The translations under genes were made by a program, and so were the position numbers. Positions 1 to 7,835 of a stretch of 64,000 nucleotides of DNA are shown piece by piece; position 1 is the first letter of the stretch; each line of letters starts with the position of its first letter. A model generated the notes under the pieces. That model made no database searches, had not been told where the DNA came from, and saw only the letters and a list, made by a program, of their open reading frames with translations. Source of the stretch: Nitrospirota bacterium (GTDB lineage: Bacteria > Nitrospirota > UBA9217); the NCBI GenBank assembly GCA_963663225.1, contig OY760142.1:1472001-1536000 (forward strand), written 5' to 3'.

Positions 1-351
1 GGGTTCTACAACGAGGAAATCGCTTACCGGGCCGAGCTTCGCTATCCTCCCTTTACCCGCATCATCAAACTTGAAATCAAAAGCGCGCAGGAATCATGCG
101 CGGCCGGGGCGGCCAAAACGGCCCATGACCGGATCCGCAGCCGTATGCGCGGCAAGGATGTCATGCTTCTCGGTCCGGCGCCCGCGCCGATATCACGTGT
201 CCGTGGACAATACCGGTTTCATCTGCTGCTTCTTTCCGAGCATCGGGAAAAAATAAGAGCGCTTGCTGTTGAAGGCAAAAAAGCTGTAGAGGAAAGTAAT
301 GGCCGGAAGTGCAGAGTGCTGATGGATGTGGATCCGGTGAATCTGATGTAA
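1..351 (+). CDS. priA: Primosomal protein N' (3' end only, truncated by window start)
   Basis: Frame 1 is open from base 1: GFYNEEIAYRAELRYPPFTR...LLGPAPAPISRVRGQYRFHLLL...DVDPVNLM, the typical PriA C-terminal domain. Confidence 0.9.
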   Translation, partial: GFYNEEIAYRAELRYPPFTRIIKLEIKSAQESCAAGAAKTAHDRIRSRMRGKDVMLLGPAPAPISRVRGQYRFHLLLLSEHREKIRALAVEGKKAVEESNGRKCRVLMDVDPVNLM

Positions 352-641
352 ATTGTTTCACTCCTTTTCCCCGCCTTATCCAAATGCAGTATCCAACTCT
401 TTAAACCCTTTACAATACGTGCCCGAATATAGTATTCTTATTCGTAGGAATATTAATCAGAAGATAAAAGGATGGCTGTCTCAGATTCGGCATAGATGTC
501 TCGCAAATGTTAAAGTCCTCGATGCCGAGATTGAAAACTGACATTGGACTGACAGCGTTGGATCCTTCCTGAAATATGCACTGACATGCTGATAAGTCAG
601 GGAGTAATTTTCAGCTAGAATTCTTGATAAGAGAAAATATT

Positions 642-1253
642 ATGTTTTGCCCGAAATGCAGAACTGAATATAGAAAAGGTTTTTATATTTGTGCTGACTG
701 CGGTGTAACGTTAGTGCCAGAATTACCGCCAGAGGAACAAGATCAACCAGTGCCTGAATATGTGAGCAAGGCCGAAGAAAAATTAGGCTTAAAGTTATTA
801 GCAGAAGCGCCAAGTAATACAATTCTGCTTAAAACGACTAACGATAGTATGGAAGCCATTACAATAGCTGGTTTACTCGATGTAAATGGTATTGCGTCGT
901 ATACGATATCTAAAGGACCTTCTTCGGATATCGGAAGGTTAGATTGGTCATTACTCACATATAATATATTTGTAGATGATAATTTATTCAATCAAGCACA
1001 AAAAATTATTAATTCTCAAGATACCAATACAGACGTAGATCGTGAATGGATGCTATATAAGCAAAAAGAAGAAAAAAAAGAGGCATTTTGGGGTCGTACA
1101 ACCGGTTTGATCATAGCTATATTTTTTTACACACTTTCTCTTTTGCCAATGAAAGAATCCGATGCAACCATGAGGCATATATTAGAAGGTGCCTCAATAT
1201 GTTTCGTTTTACTCGTGTTAATCTCATGCTATCGAGGCAAGAAAAGTAAATAA
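642..1253 (+). CDS. Zinc-ribbon + DUF2007-like membrane protein
   Basis: N-terminal MFCPKCRTEY...CADCGVTLV (two CxxC), a central 'EAITIAGLLDVNGI...IFVD' segment typical of DUF2007, and two C-terminal hydrophobic helices. AT-rich. ATG at 642 preferred over TTG at 624. Confidence 0.65.
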   Translation: MFCPKCRTEYRKGFYICADCGVTLVPELPPEEQDQPVPEYVSKAEEKLGLKLLAEAPSNTILLKTTNDSMEAITIAGLLDVNGIASYTISKGPSSDIGRLDWSLLTYNIFVDDNLFNQAQKIINSQDTNTDVDREWMLYKQKEEKKEAFWGRTTGLIIAIFFYTLSLLPMKESDATMRHILEGASICFVLLVLISCYRGKKSK

Positions 1254-1376
1254 ACTACTTCCTGAACTAGTGATGTTTGGATTCTGACGAAAAGTGCATA
1301 GTTCTAATGGAATGTGTGACCCAGTATAGATTGTACCCATCGCGAAAGTCATATATTACAGCAAGGAGAATTCAAT

Positions 1377-2027
1377 ATGTCAAATGACTCTCTTCCATTT
1401 GGGAAAATACAAATATTAACTCTTGTGTTGACATTAATAATTTCGCTGCAATTAGTGGGTTGCGGCATAGTTGGGTATTCGACATTTAAGATGGAAGAAT
1501 GGAACATGCCTCAACAGCCGGCCAATTTCGAAAAGACAGAGATATCGTTATATGGTAAAAATCAGGAAGTGGAGGGCTATTATGTTGAAGCATCACATTT
1601 TGAACCATACTTTGGGCTCACTAAAGTGCTTCGAGAGCGGTTCAAAATTGCTGACGTATTCTCAGAAAGTCAAAATAGATTTCTGATTAAAATAGAAGAA
1701 TCTATTGAGGGCCGGCGACAAAATAAACCTACAGTATGGGAATTAATACATATCTACACATTTAATGTCATACCATATATATGGACGGATAAGCGCTCTA
1801 TCACATATACTATTACAGCGCCCAATAACGAAATAAAATCGTTTACGCATAGCTATGTCGTGCAAAATTATAGTTGGTTCCCCTTTCTATTTTTCAATCC
1901 TGGCTTTGAGACTGGCCTTTATGGAGAGATGCATAATTACTATCAAAAGGACCGGGTCAAAATATATGAAGTGTTTGCTACTCGTTTTTTAACTGAATCA
2001 GCACTATTTATTGTATCTCACCGATAG
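1377..2027 (+). CDS. Hypothetical lipoprotein
   Basis: AAGGAG RBS; hydrophobic signal ending in lipobox LVGC; AT-rich. Confidence 0.65.
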   Translation: MSNDSLPFGKIQILTLVLTLIISLQLVGCGIVGYSTFKMEEWNMPQQPANFEKTEISLYGKNQEVEGYYVEASHFEPYFGLTKVLRERFKIADVFSESQNRFLIKIEESIEGRRQNKPTVWELIHIYTFNVIPYIWTDKRSITYTITAPNNEIKSFTHSYVVQNYSWFPFLFFNPGFETGLYGEMHNYYQKDRVKIYEVFATRFLTESALFIVSHR

Positions 2028-2061
2028 ATATTTTTGCCAACTCATACTGGAGGCATGTAAC

Positions 2062-2724
2062 GTGAGCAATCCGAATCGTTATCTATGGTGCATGTTATTT
2101 ATTTCGATATTTTATGTGTCAAGCTGTGGATATAGCAGAATAATTAAGCCAGAAACTCAACCCCTATCTGCCAACCTGGCAAACACTCATAGCGTAAATA
2201 AGCTTAAATTTTCTTATATTATTTATGACATTTATCTAGGCGGGAAAATTTCTGATCGTCCCGCAGAGAAAGCCCTGCTTGATAGTTTTGCAACATTTGG
2301 AATAATCGATGTTACTAGATCAGATAATGCAATGCAAGATCACACGAATATTTTTGTATATGTTTACAGGCCTATAACAGAAAGCAAAACAGGTTACATC
2401 GAGCCATGGTTGAGTTTACTTTATATAGGGACATTAGGTGTTGTTCCGGTTTATGACGTAAGAATTTATCCGGTTGAAATTCATTTGATAACACAACGAA
2501 GAGGGCGTGATAAACAAATTCAGATTATTAATACAGAATACGTAATAGAAAGTCAAGATTGGCTACCCTACGTTTTTATGCCCAAAGACGAAACACTACG
2601 AAACAGGCATGCTTTGTATGATAAATTTCGTGCTAGGAATGAAGGCGATTACTTAGCTTATTTAGGCTTTAGACGTATATATGAGCGCGTTATATCGGAG
2701 TCGCTAAAGGATTTGTTACAGTGA
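2062..2724 (+). CDS. Hypothetical lipoprotein, distant paralogue of 1377-2027
   Basis: GGAGG RBS before GTG at 2062; lipobox-like VSSC; shares an I-x-T-x-x-V-[IV]-P...Y-V-x(5)-W-x-P-[FY] pattern with the upstream ORF. Confidence 0.6.
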   Translation: MSNPNRYLWCMLFISIFYVSSCGYSRIIKPETQPLSANLANTHSVNKLKFSYIIYDIYLGGKISDRPAEKALLDSFATFGIIDVTRSDNAMQDHTNIFVYVYRPITESKTGYIEPWLSLLYIGTLGVVPVYDVRIYPVEIHLITQRRGRDKQIQIINTEYVIESQDWLPYVFMPKDETLRNRHALYDKFRARNEGDYLAYLGFRRIYERVISESLKDLLQ

Positions 2725-2969
2725 GAACCTCAGCCAGCGCCGGCAGCCGGTGTACCTGCATACACGCAGACATTTTCATTATTAAACGGTGTGAAATTAT
2801 TTTGTATAGTACAGTGCAGGTCGCATAAATGTCCATGTTTCAAACGGCATTTCACAGCTTTTTCGCAGCACCGCTTGTGCATGATTGTAGGTGAATTATG
2901 CAAACCCTATGCTCACTGATTTAACAGTATCCCGCTCCCTTTCTTATGCCTCTAATCCAATAATTGCAA

Positions 2970-3893
2970 CTATATGCCCTCCGATTTTTTGTGCTTAAGA
3001 AACGTTCCTCTTTGATATTCTTCAAATGCCAACTCCAATTCTTCATCGGTGTTCATCACGATTGGGCCATACCATGCCACAGGTTCACCGATGGGCTTGC
3101 CGGAAACAAGCAGGAACCGCACGGGCTCGCCCTGCGTTGAGATGGTCACCTGGTCTCCGTCGCTGAATAGCGCCGCGGTCCCATTATGGATGTACTGATC
3201 TCGTTTCATGTCGAAATAATTCTCACCGAGAGCACCATAAGCAAAAGGATTTTTTTCGTTGCAGAAAACGCCTTTCCCGCCGATTACGTAAGCAAAGACG
3301 GTATGGCCTCGCGGGGTCTTATGGACGAATTCGGAATGTGCCGGAAGGGAAACATCGAGATATTCAGGTTCTATGACAATGTCCCTGACCGGCCCCTGTT
3401 GTCCTTCCACGCTTCCGCAGATGACTTTGATTTTCGCGCCGCTTTTTGTCGTGACCTCCGGCACCTGAGAGCTTTTGATATCACGGTATCGGGGCGTCAT
3501 CATCTTATGAGCCCTGGGAAGATTTGCCCAGAGCTGAAAGCCTTCCATGATGCCGTTGTCATCTCCTTGCGGCATTTCCTGATGGATGATGCCGCTTCCC
3601 GCGGTCATCCACTGCATATCGCCCGACGAGATGATGCCTTTGTTGCCCATGCTGTCTCCGTGCTCTACGTCACCTTTGAGCACATACGTAATCGTCTCGA
3701 TGCCGCGATGAGGGTGCCAGGGGAAGCCCTTGATGTATTGATAAGGATCGGTATTGCGAAAATCGTCCAGCAGGAGGAACGGATCGAAGAGCGGGACCTC
3801 GCTGTTTCCGAAAACCCTCCGGAGATGTACTCCCGCCCCTTCCATTGTGGGTTTGCTTTTGAACACTTTTTTGATTCTTCTGTTGGTCATCAT
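2970..3893 (-). CDS. Pirin family protein
   Basis: DPFLLLD, GFPWHPHRGIETITY, WMTAGSGIIHQE, QLWANLP and GPIVMNT motifs; GGGAGG RBS. Confidence 0.95.
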   Translation of the reverse strand: MMTNRRIKKVFKSKPTMEGAGVHLRRVFGNSEVPLFDPFLLLDDFRNTDPYQYIKGFPWHPHRGIETITYVLKGDVEHGDSMGNKGIISSGDMQWMTAGSGIIHQEMPQGDDNGIMEGFQLWANLPRAHKMMTPRYRDIKSSQVPEVTTKSGAKIKVICGSVEGQQGPVRDIVIEPEYLDVSLPAHSEFVHKTPRGHTVFAYVIGGKGVFCNEKNPFAYGALGENYFDMKRDQYIHNGTAALFSDGDQVTISTQGEPVRFLLVSGKPIGEPVAWYGPIVMNTDEELELAFEEYQRGTFLKHKKSEGI

Positions 3894-4060
3894 GATCTGG
3901 AGTCCTCCCTGCTCAAACTTATTCTTTAAATGGTGATCTATTACGCATTATTAGTATAACAGCTTTTTCTCAAGAGGCCGGTCATTCCATCGTTCTGCAT
4001 TCATTGCCTGCTGATTGAATCATCTTGCATCCGGCTTCATAAATCGTGTATCATTGCGGC

Positions 4061-4528
4061 ATGGCGGAGAAAAAAGAAAACACGGCAGTTGCGACGAACC
4101 GCAAGGCCCATCACGATTACTTCATTGAAGAAACGCTTGAAGCAGGAATCGTCCTGCAGGGCACGGAGGTAAAGTCGCTGCGCCTGGGCCTCGCGAACCT
4201 GACGGACAGCTATGCCATTGTAAAGAACAATGAAGTGTTTCTTTTTAATGCGAACATCAGTCCCTATCCCCATGGCAACATCATGAACCATGAACCGCTG
4301 CGGACCCGCAAACTCCTTCTTCATCGCGAAGAGATACGAAAGCTTATCGGAAAAATAAACCAGAAGGGCTTCACGCTTGTTCCGCTCAAGATTTATTTTG
4401 CGCGCGGAAAAGCCAAGGTGCTCATCGGCCTTGCCAAAGGCAAAAAGGCGTACGACAAGCGGGAAACGATCAAAGAGAAGGAATCAAAACGCGAAGTAGA
4501 GCGCGCAGTAAAAGAGCGCAGCCGATAG
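4061..4528 (+). CDS. smpB: SsrA-binding protein
   Basis: [46 protein letters not shown]. Confidence 0.97.
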   Translation: MAEKKENTAVATNRKAHHDYFIEETLEAGIVLQGTEVKSLRLGLANLTDSYAIVKNNEVFLFNANISPYPHGNIMNHEPLRTRKLLLHREEIRKLIGKINQKGFTLVPLKIYFARGKAKVLIGLAKGKKAYDKRETIKEKESKREVERAVKERSR

Positions 4529-4617
4529 GTGTCCTTCCTGCCGGTGTTCCAACAATTAATCCCACAGAGCATCTGAACTTCCATGGTCGGCGCAGGAGCG
4601 CCGGCCTTTGCTATTTT

Positions 4618-4647
4618 TGATATACTGGAGGCAGGGAAAGGAGGTGA
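4618..4647 (+). promoter_or_regulatory. Extended -10 (TGaTATACT) and perfect Shine-Dalgarno (AAGGAGGTGA) for the small peptide ORF
   Basis: TGATATACT at 4618-4626; AAGGAGGTGA at 4638-4647; ATG at 4655. Confidence 0.6.
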
Positions 4648-4654
4648 GGCCGGG

Positions 4655-4777
4655 ATGAAAAAGATCGTAAGCGAGTCAGCGCTGATCAAGGAAGCTGCCC
4701 TGTGGGAGAAAATGAAGGACGCGGTTCAGAAGCATCCTGCAACGGTATGCCACAAGTGAAAGAGCTGAAAGAGTTAA
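4655..4777 (+). CDS. Putative radical-SAM-modified (seleno)peptide precursor MKKIVSESALIKEAALWEKMKDAVQKHPATVCHK(U)KS(U)KS; 34 aa (4655-4759) if the first UGA is a stop
   Basis: Translated by hand, not in the ORF track. Perfect SD; in-frame TGC(4748)-x-x-TGA(4757)-x-x-TGA(4766)-x-x-TAA(4775); hairpin 12 nt after the second TGA; directly upstream of an rSAM/SPASM gene. Confidence 0.75.
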
Positions 4778-4780
4778 AAA

Positions 4781-4813
4781 GCTGCCGGTCGGTAGCGAAA
4801 GTATCAAGGCAGC
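4781..4813 (+). promoter_or_regulatory. Candidate bacterial SECIS hairpin
   Basis: GCTGCC(4781-86)/GGCAGC(4808-13) lower stem, internal loop, GGTA/TATC upper stem, bulged G, C(GAAA)G apical loop. Function inferred from position only. Confidence 0.5.
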
Positions 4814-4886
4814 AGGAAGGCGGCATGACCGCAAAGACGTTCCGCGGCGGTCTATCCGCCTCCCTGCCCGTTTGTTATTTTCTATC

Positions 4887-4907
4887 GGCCGCCAGGGCGG
4901 CCTTTTT
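4887..4907 (+). terminator. Intrinsic terminator between the peptide gene and the rSAM gene
   Basis: GGCCGC-cagg-GCGGCC followed by TTTTT. Confidence 0.55.
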
Positions 4908-4927
4908 GCTGAGCCTGAAATCATACT

Positions 4928-5977
4928 ATGTCCATAGGCAAGGAATTCGAATTCATTATACAATGGCATCTTACAGAACGATGCAACCTGCAGTGCTCCC
5001 ACTGCTACCAGGACGGAACGCATAAGCAGGAGCTTTCGACGGATGAGGTGCGGTCCGGATTCGAAGAGCTACAGGATCTGTTTTCCGCGTGGTCGGAGAT
5101 TCACGGTCTTGTCTTGATTCCGAGCTTTAATATTACCGGAGGAGAACCGCTTCTCAGGAATGATCTCTTTGAGATTCTGGAGGACCTTGCCGGCCGCGGC
5201 TGGGAAACGTTCGTGCTCACGAATGGAACTCTCGTCAACGAGCAGATCGCCCGCCGGTTCGTCGACCTGGGCATCAAGGGCGTGCAGGTAAGTCTGGAAG
5301 GCCCTGAAGCGACGCATGATGCGCTCCGTGGACCAGGAAGCTTCCATGCCTCGCTTTCCGGCATCCGCGCGCTTCTTCGCGAAGGCGTATCGGTGACTGT
5401 CAATGCCACGCTGTCGGAGATTAATGCCGAGGGGTTTTTCGATCTTGCCGAAACAGTTGCCCGACTAGGTGTCCCGCGCCTTGGGTTCTCGCGGCTCGTG
5501 CCTTCGGGGAAAGGTGAAACGTTGGCCGGGCGCATGCTCGCTCCCGATAGAGTGCGCAGTCTGTACCAGCGGATCATTTCGCTCTCCTATGAGAGTATGA
5601 CGATGACGACGGGTGATCCCGTGGCTGCATGCATGCGTACTGCAGAAGACGGGACTGATGACCAGGGAGATGTTGCTTTTGGTGGGTGCGCGGCCGGCGT
5701 GTCAGGACTTACGATCCTATCCGACGGGACGATTGTGCCGTGCAGGCGGCTTTCCATACCGATAGGGAATATACGGACCGAGTCGGTCCGTGAGGTCTGG
5801 GCGACCTCGCCGGTGCTCGACGCACTGCGAACGCGGGCGCGCTACGAGGGGAAGTGCGGCGCTTGCAGACACTGGGCGACCTGCCGCGGATGCAGAGCGA
5901 TTGCCTTCGCCTGGTCTCTTATCCGGGGGGAGGGAAACTTCCTTTCTGATGATCCTCAGTGTTTCCTGAGAACATGA
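4928..5977 (+). CDS. Radical SAM / SPASM-domain protein (probable peptide maturase)
   Basis: QWHLTERCNLQCSHC (CxxxCxxC), TGGEPLLR, LTNGTL, QVSLEG; SPASM cysteines CAAG...VPC...IGNI...CGACRHWATCRGC...DPQC. Confidence 0.93.
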   Translation: MSIGKEFEFIIQWHLTERCNLQCSHCYQDGTHKQELSTDEVRSGFEELQDLFSAWSEIHGLVLIPSFNITGGEPLLRNDLFEILEDLAGRGWETFVLTNGTLVNEQIARRFVDLGIKGVQVSLEGPEATHDALRGPGSFHASLSGIRALLREGVSVTVNATLSEINAEGFFDLAETVARLGVPRLGFSRLVPSGKGETLAGRMLAPDRVRSLYQRIISLSYESMTMTTGDPVAACMRTAEDGTDDQGDVAFGGCAAGVSGLTILSDGTIVPCRRLSIPIGNIRTESVREVWATSPVLDALRTRARYEGKCGACRHWATCRGCRAIAFAWSLIRGEGNFLSDDPQCFLRT

Positions 5978-6030
5978 TATAAAGCAAGAATACCGGCTAG
6001 AAAAAATCCGTTTTTTTCAAGTGACTGGCC

Positions 6031-6588
6031 TTATTTATTAGCAGAGGCCTCATCTTCTTCAAGGTCGAGTTCTGCACAGAACGTGATATCAACACGTTTT
6101 CCCACCATAAATCCCCCGCCTTCGATGTCCAGATTCCAGATCATGCCGAAGTCCTCTCGTTGAATGGTGGCGGTGGCGTTAACACCGTAAGTCGTATACG
6201 TTTTATCATCGTCGGCGAAATAGGACGGTCCCAGATAGGTAACATCAAAAAGTACCGGACGGGTAATCCCGCGGATTGTAAGATTTCCGGTAACTTTTAA
6301 AAAATTCATTCCCATGACTTCTACTGCTGTGCTTTTGAACAGTATGGCGGGAGACTTATCAACGTCAAAAAAATCCTCACTCCGTAAGTGGCTGTCTCTC
6401 CGGTCCACGCCGGTATAAACGCTGGCAGCGTCGACTTCAAGCTCTATGGTTGTTGCTGCGAGTTCAGCCGGGTCAAAAAAAATTGCTCCGCTGACCTTGG
6501 TAAAGAGACCATGAACGGCTGTCACCATCATGTGACGGACAGAAAAACCCGCCGATACATGATCCGGATCGATTTTCCACTTTGGCAT
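6031..6588 (-). CDS. YceI family lipid/polyisoprenoid-binding protein
   Basis: WKIDPDH...FSVRHMMV...RDSHLRSEDFFDV...GNLTIRGITRPV. Confidence 0.92.
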   Translation of the reverse strand: MPKWKIDPDHVSAGFSVRHMMVTAVHGLFTKVSGAIFFDPAELAATTIELEVDAASVYTGVDRRDSHLRSEDFFDVDKSPAILFKSTAVEVMGMNFLKVTGNLTIRGITRPVLFDVTYLGPSYFADDDKTYTTYGVNATATIQREDFGMIWNLDIEGGGFMVGKRVDITFCAELDLEEDEASANK

Positions 6589-6791
6589 TATTATAGACCT
6601 CTCTGACCAAGTTTGGATAAAATGGTATCACACGGGAGTACTGTTTTCAAGCAGTCCCGATGATCATCCTCCTTCCCCCGGTTCTTCCCTATTCTGCTAC
6701 AATTAATGCCATCAGACACAGCAGTTTTATGAAGTCGATAAGACCCAGCTGCATCTTTAGTCATATCGCAGTGTGCAGAAGGAGGTTCAGT

Positions 6792-7598
6792 ATGAAACGA
6801 ATGGCGATTTTTTTAGCGGCAATATTTCTCGGGACATTGACCGCAGGATTAACACCGGCTGATGCGAAGGTTATAGGGAAGAATGTCGAGTATTCGGCTC
6901 AAGGCGTTGTCTTGAAAGGCTACCTCGCCTATGACAGCAAGGTTACTGCCAAACGTCCCGGCATTTTGGTGGTCCACGAGTGGTGGGGATTGAACAATTT
7001 TGCGAGGACACGTGCGCGGATGCTGGCATCGGCAGGGTATACTGCCCTTGCCGTTGATATGTACGGTGATGGAAAACAGGCCATGCATCCGGATGACGCG
7101 GGCAAGTTTTCCGGAGAAATCATGAAGAACTTTGACATCGGTAAGGCGCGGTTTCTTGCGGCTCAGGACTTTTTGAAAAAGCAGCCGACCGTTGATCCGG
7201 ACCGGATTGCGGCAATCGGATATTGTTTCGGCGGGGGAGTGGTCCTGAACATGGCGCGACAGGGTGCAGATCTTTTGGGGGTCGCAAGCTTCCACGGGAA
7301 CTTAAAGGCAGTAAAGCCAGCGGAACCGGGAATGATAAAAGCCAAAATCAGGGTATATACCGGTGGTGCTGACAAACTTGTCCCACCCGAGGCAGTAGAA
7401 GCGTTTAAACAGGAAATGACCAATGCAAAAGCTGACTACCGGGTTACCGTATATCCGGGAGCACTGCACAGCTTCACGAGTCCGGAGGCGACCAAACTCG
7501 GCAAAAAATTCAAACTGCCGATGGCCTACAATGCAAACGCTGATGTGGAGTCCTGGAAAGATCTGATGAAATTTTTGAACGAAATTTTCAAGAAATAA
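6792..7598 (+). CDS. Dienelactone hydrolase family protein, exported
   Basis: GGAGG RBS at 6781, signal peptide, VVHEWWGLN, GYCFGG nucleophile motif, YPGALHSF. Confidence 0.92.
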   Translation: MKRMAIFLAAIFLGTLTAGLTPADAKVIGKNVEYSAQGVVLKGYLAYDSKVTAKRPGILVVHEWWGLNNFARTRARMLASAGYTALAVDMYGDGKQAMHPDDAGKFSGEIMKNFDIGKARFLAAQDFLKKQPTVDPDRIAAIGYCFGGGVVLNMARQGADLLGVASFHGNLKAVKPAEPGMIKAKIRVYTGGADKLVPPEAVEAFKQEMTNAKADYRVTVYPGALHSFTSPEATKLGKKFKLPMAYNANADVESWKDLMKFLNEIFKK

Positions 7599-7609
7599 CA
7601 ATGCACATA

Positions 7610-7652
7610 CGGGCGCGGCCACCGCAAATGTGTCCGCGCCCGAAAAATTTTT
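7610..7652 (+). terminator. Terminator-like hairpin after the dienelactone hydrolase
   Basis: CGGGCGCGG(7610-18)...CCGCGCCCG(7634-42), then A5 and a T run. Confidence 0.5.
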
Positions 7653-7835
7653 TCCGGAGCATAACTGTGCTCACCCCGTTGTATACTCCGTAAGACAGTC
7701 TTTCTTGTCATTATAATTTTCTGCGTCGAATTATGATCAAAAACAGAGCAAGACATATTGTAAGGAATATGCCATTTATGCTATAGTAACCGCCGATGCA
7801 ATACGTTACGCAACTATACTCCAACCGGACTTCCC

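Noticed and set aside
352-2960. Integron cassette array or prophage remnant
   Set aside because: No convincing RYYYAAC...GTTRRRY attC pairs, no integrase and no phage genes were seen.
4529-4927. tmRNA (ssrA) expected next to smpB
   Set aside because: No GGGG(C/G)TG-type 5' end, TTCGA T-loop/CCA 3' end or tag reading frame was seen. The interval is better explained by the small peptide gene and its hairpins.
4702-5025. Track ORF of 107 aa (and antisense ORF 4676-5023)
   Set aside because: No RBS, runs through hairpins and a terminator, and overlaps the rSAM start in another frame. The SD at 4638 points to ATG 4655 instead.
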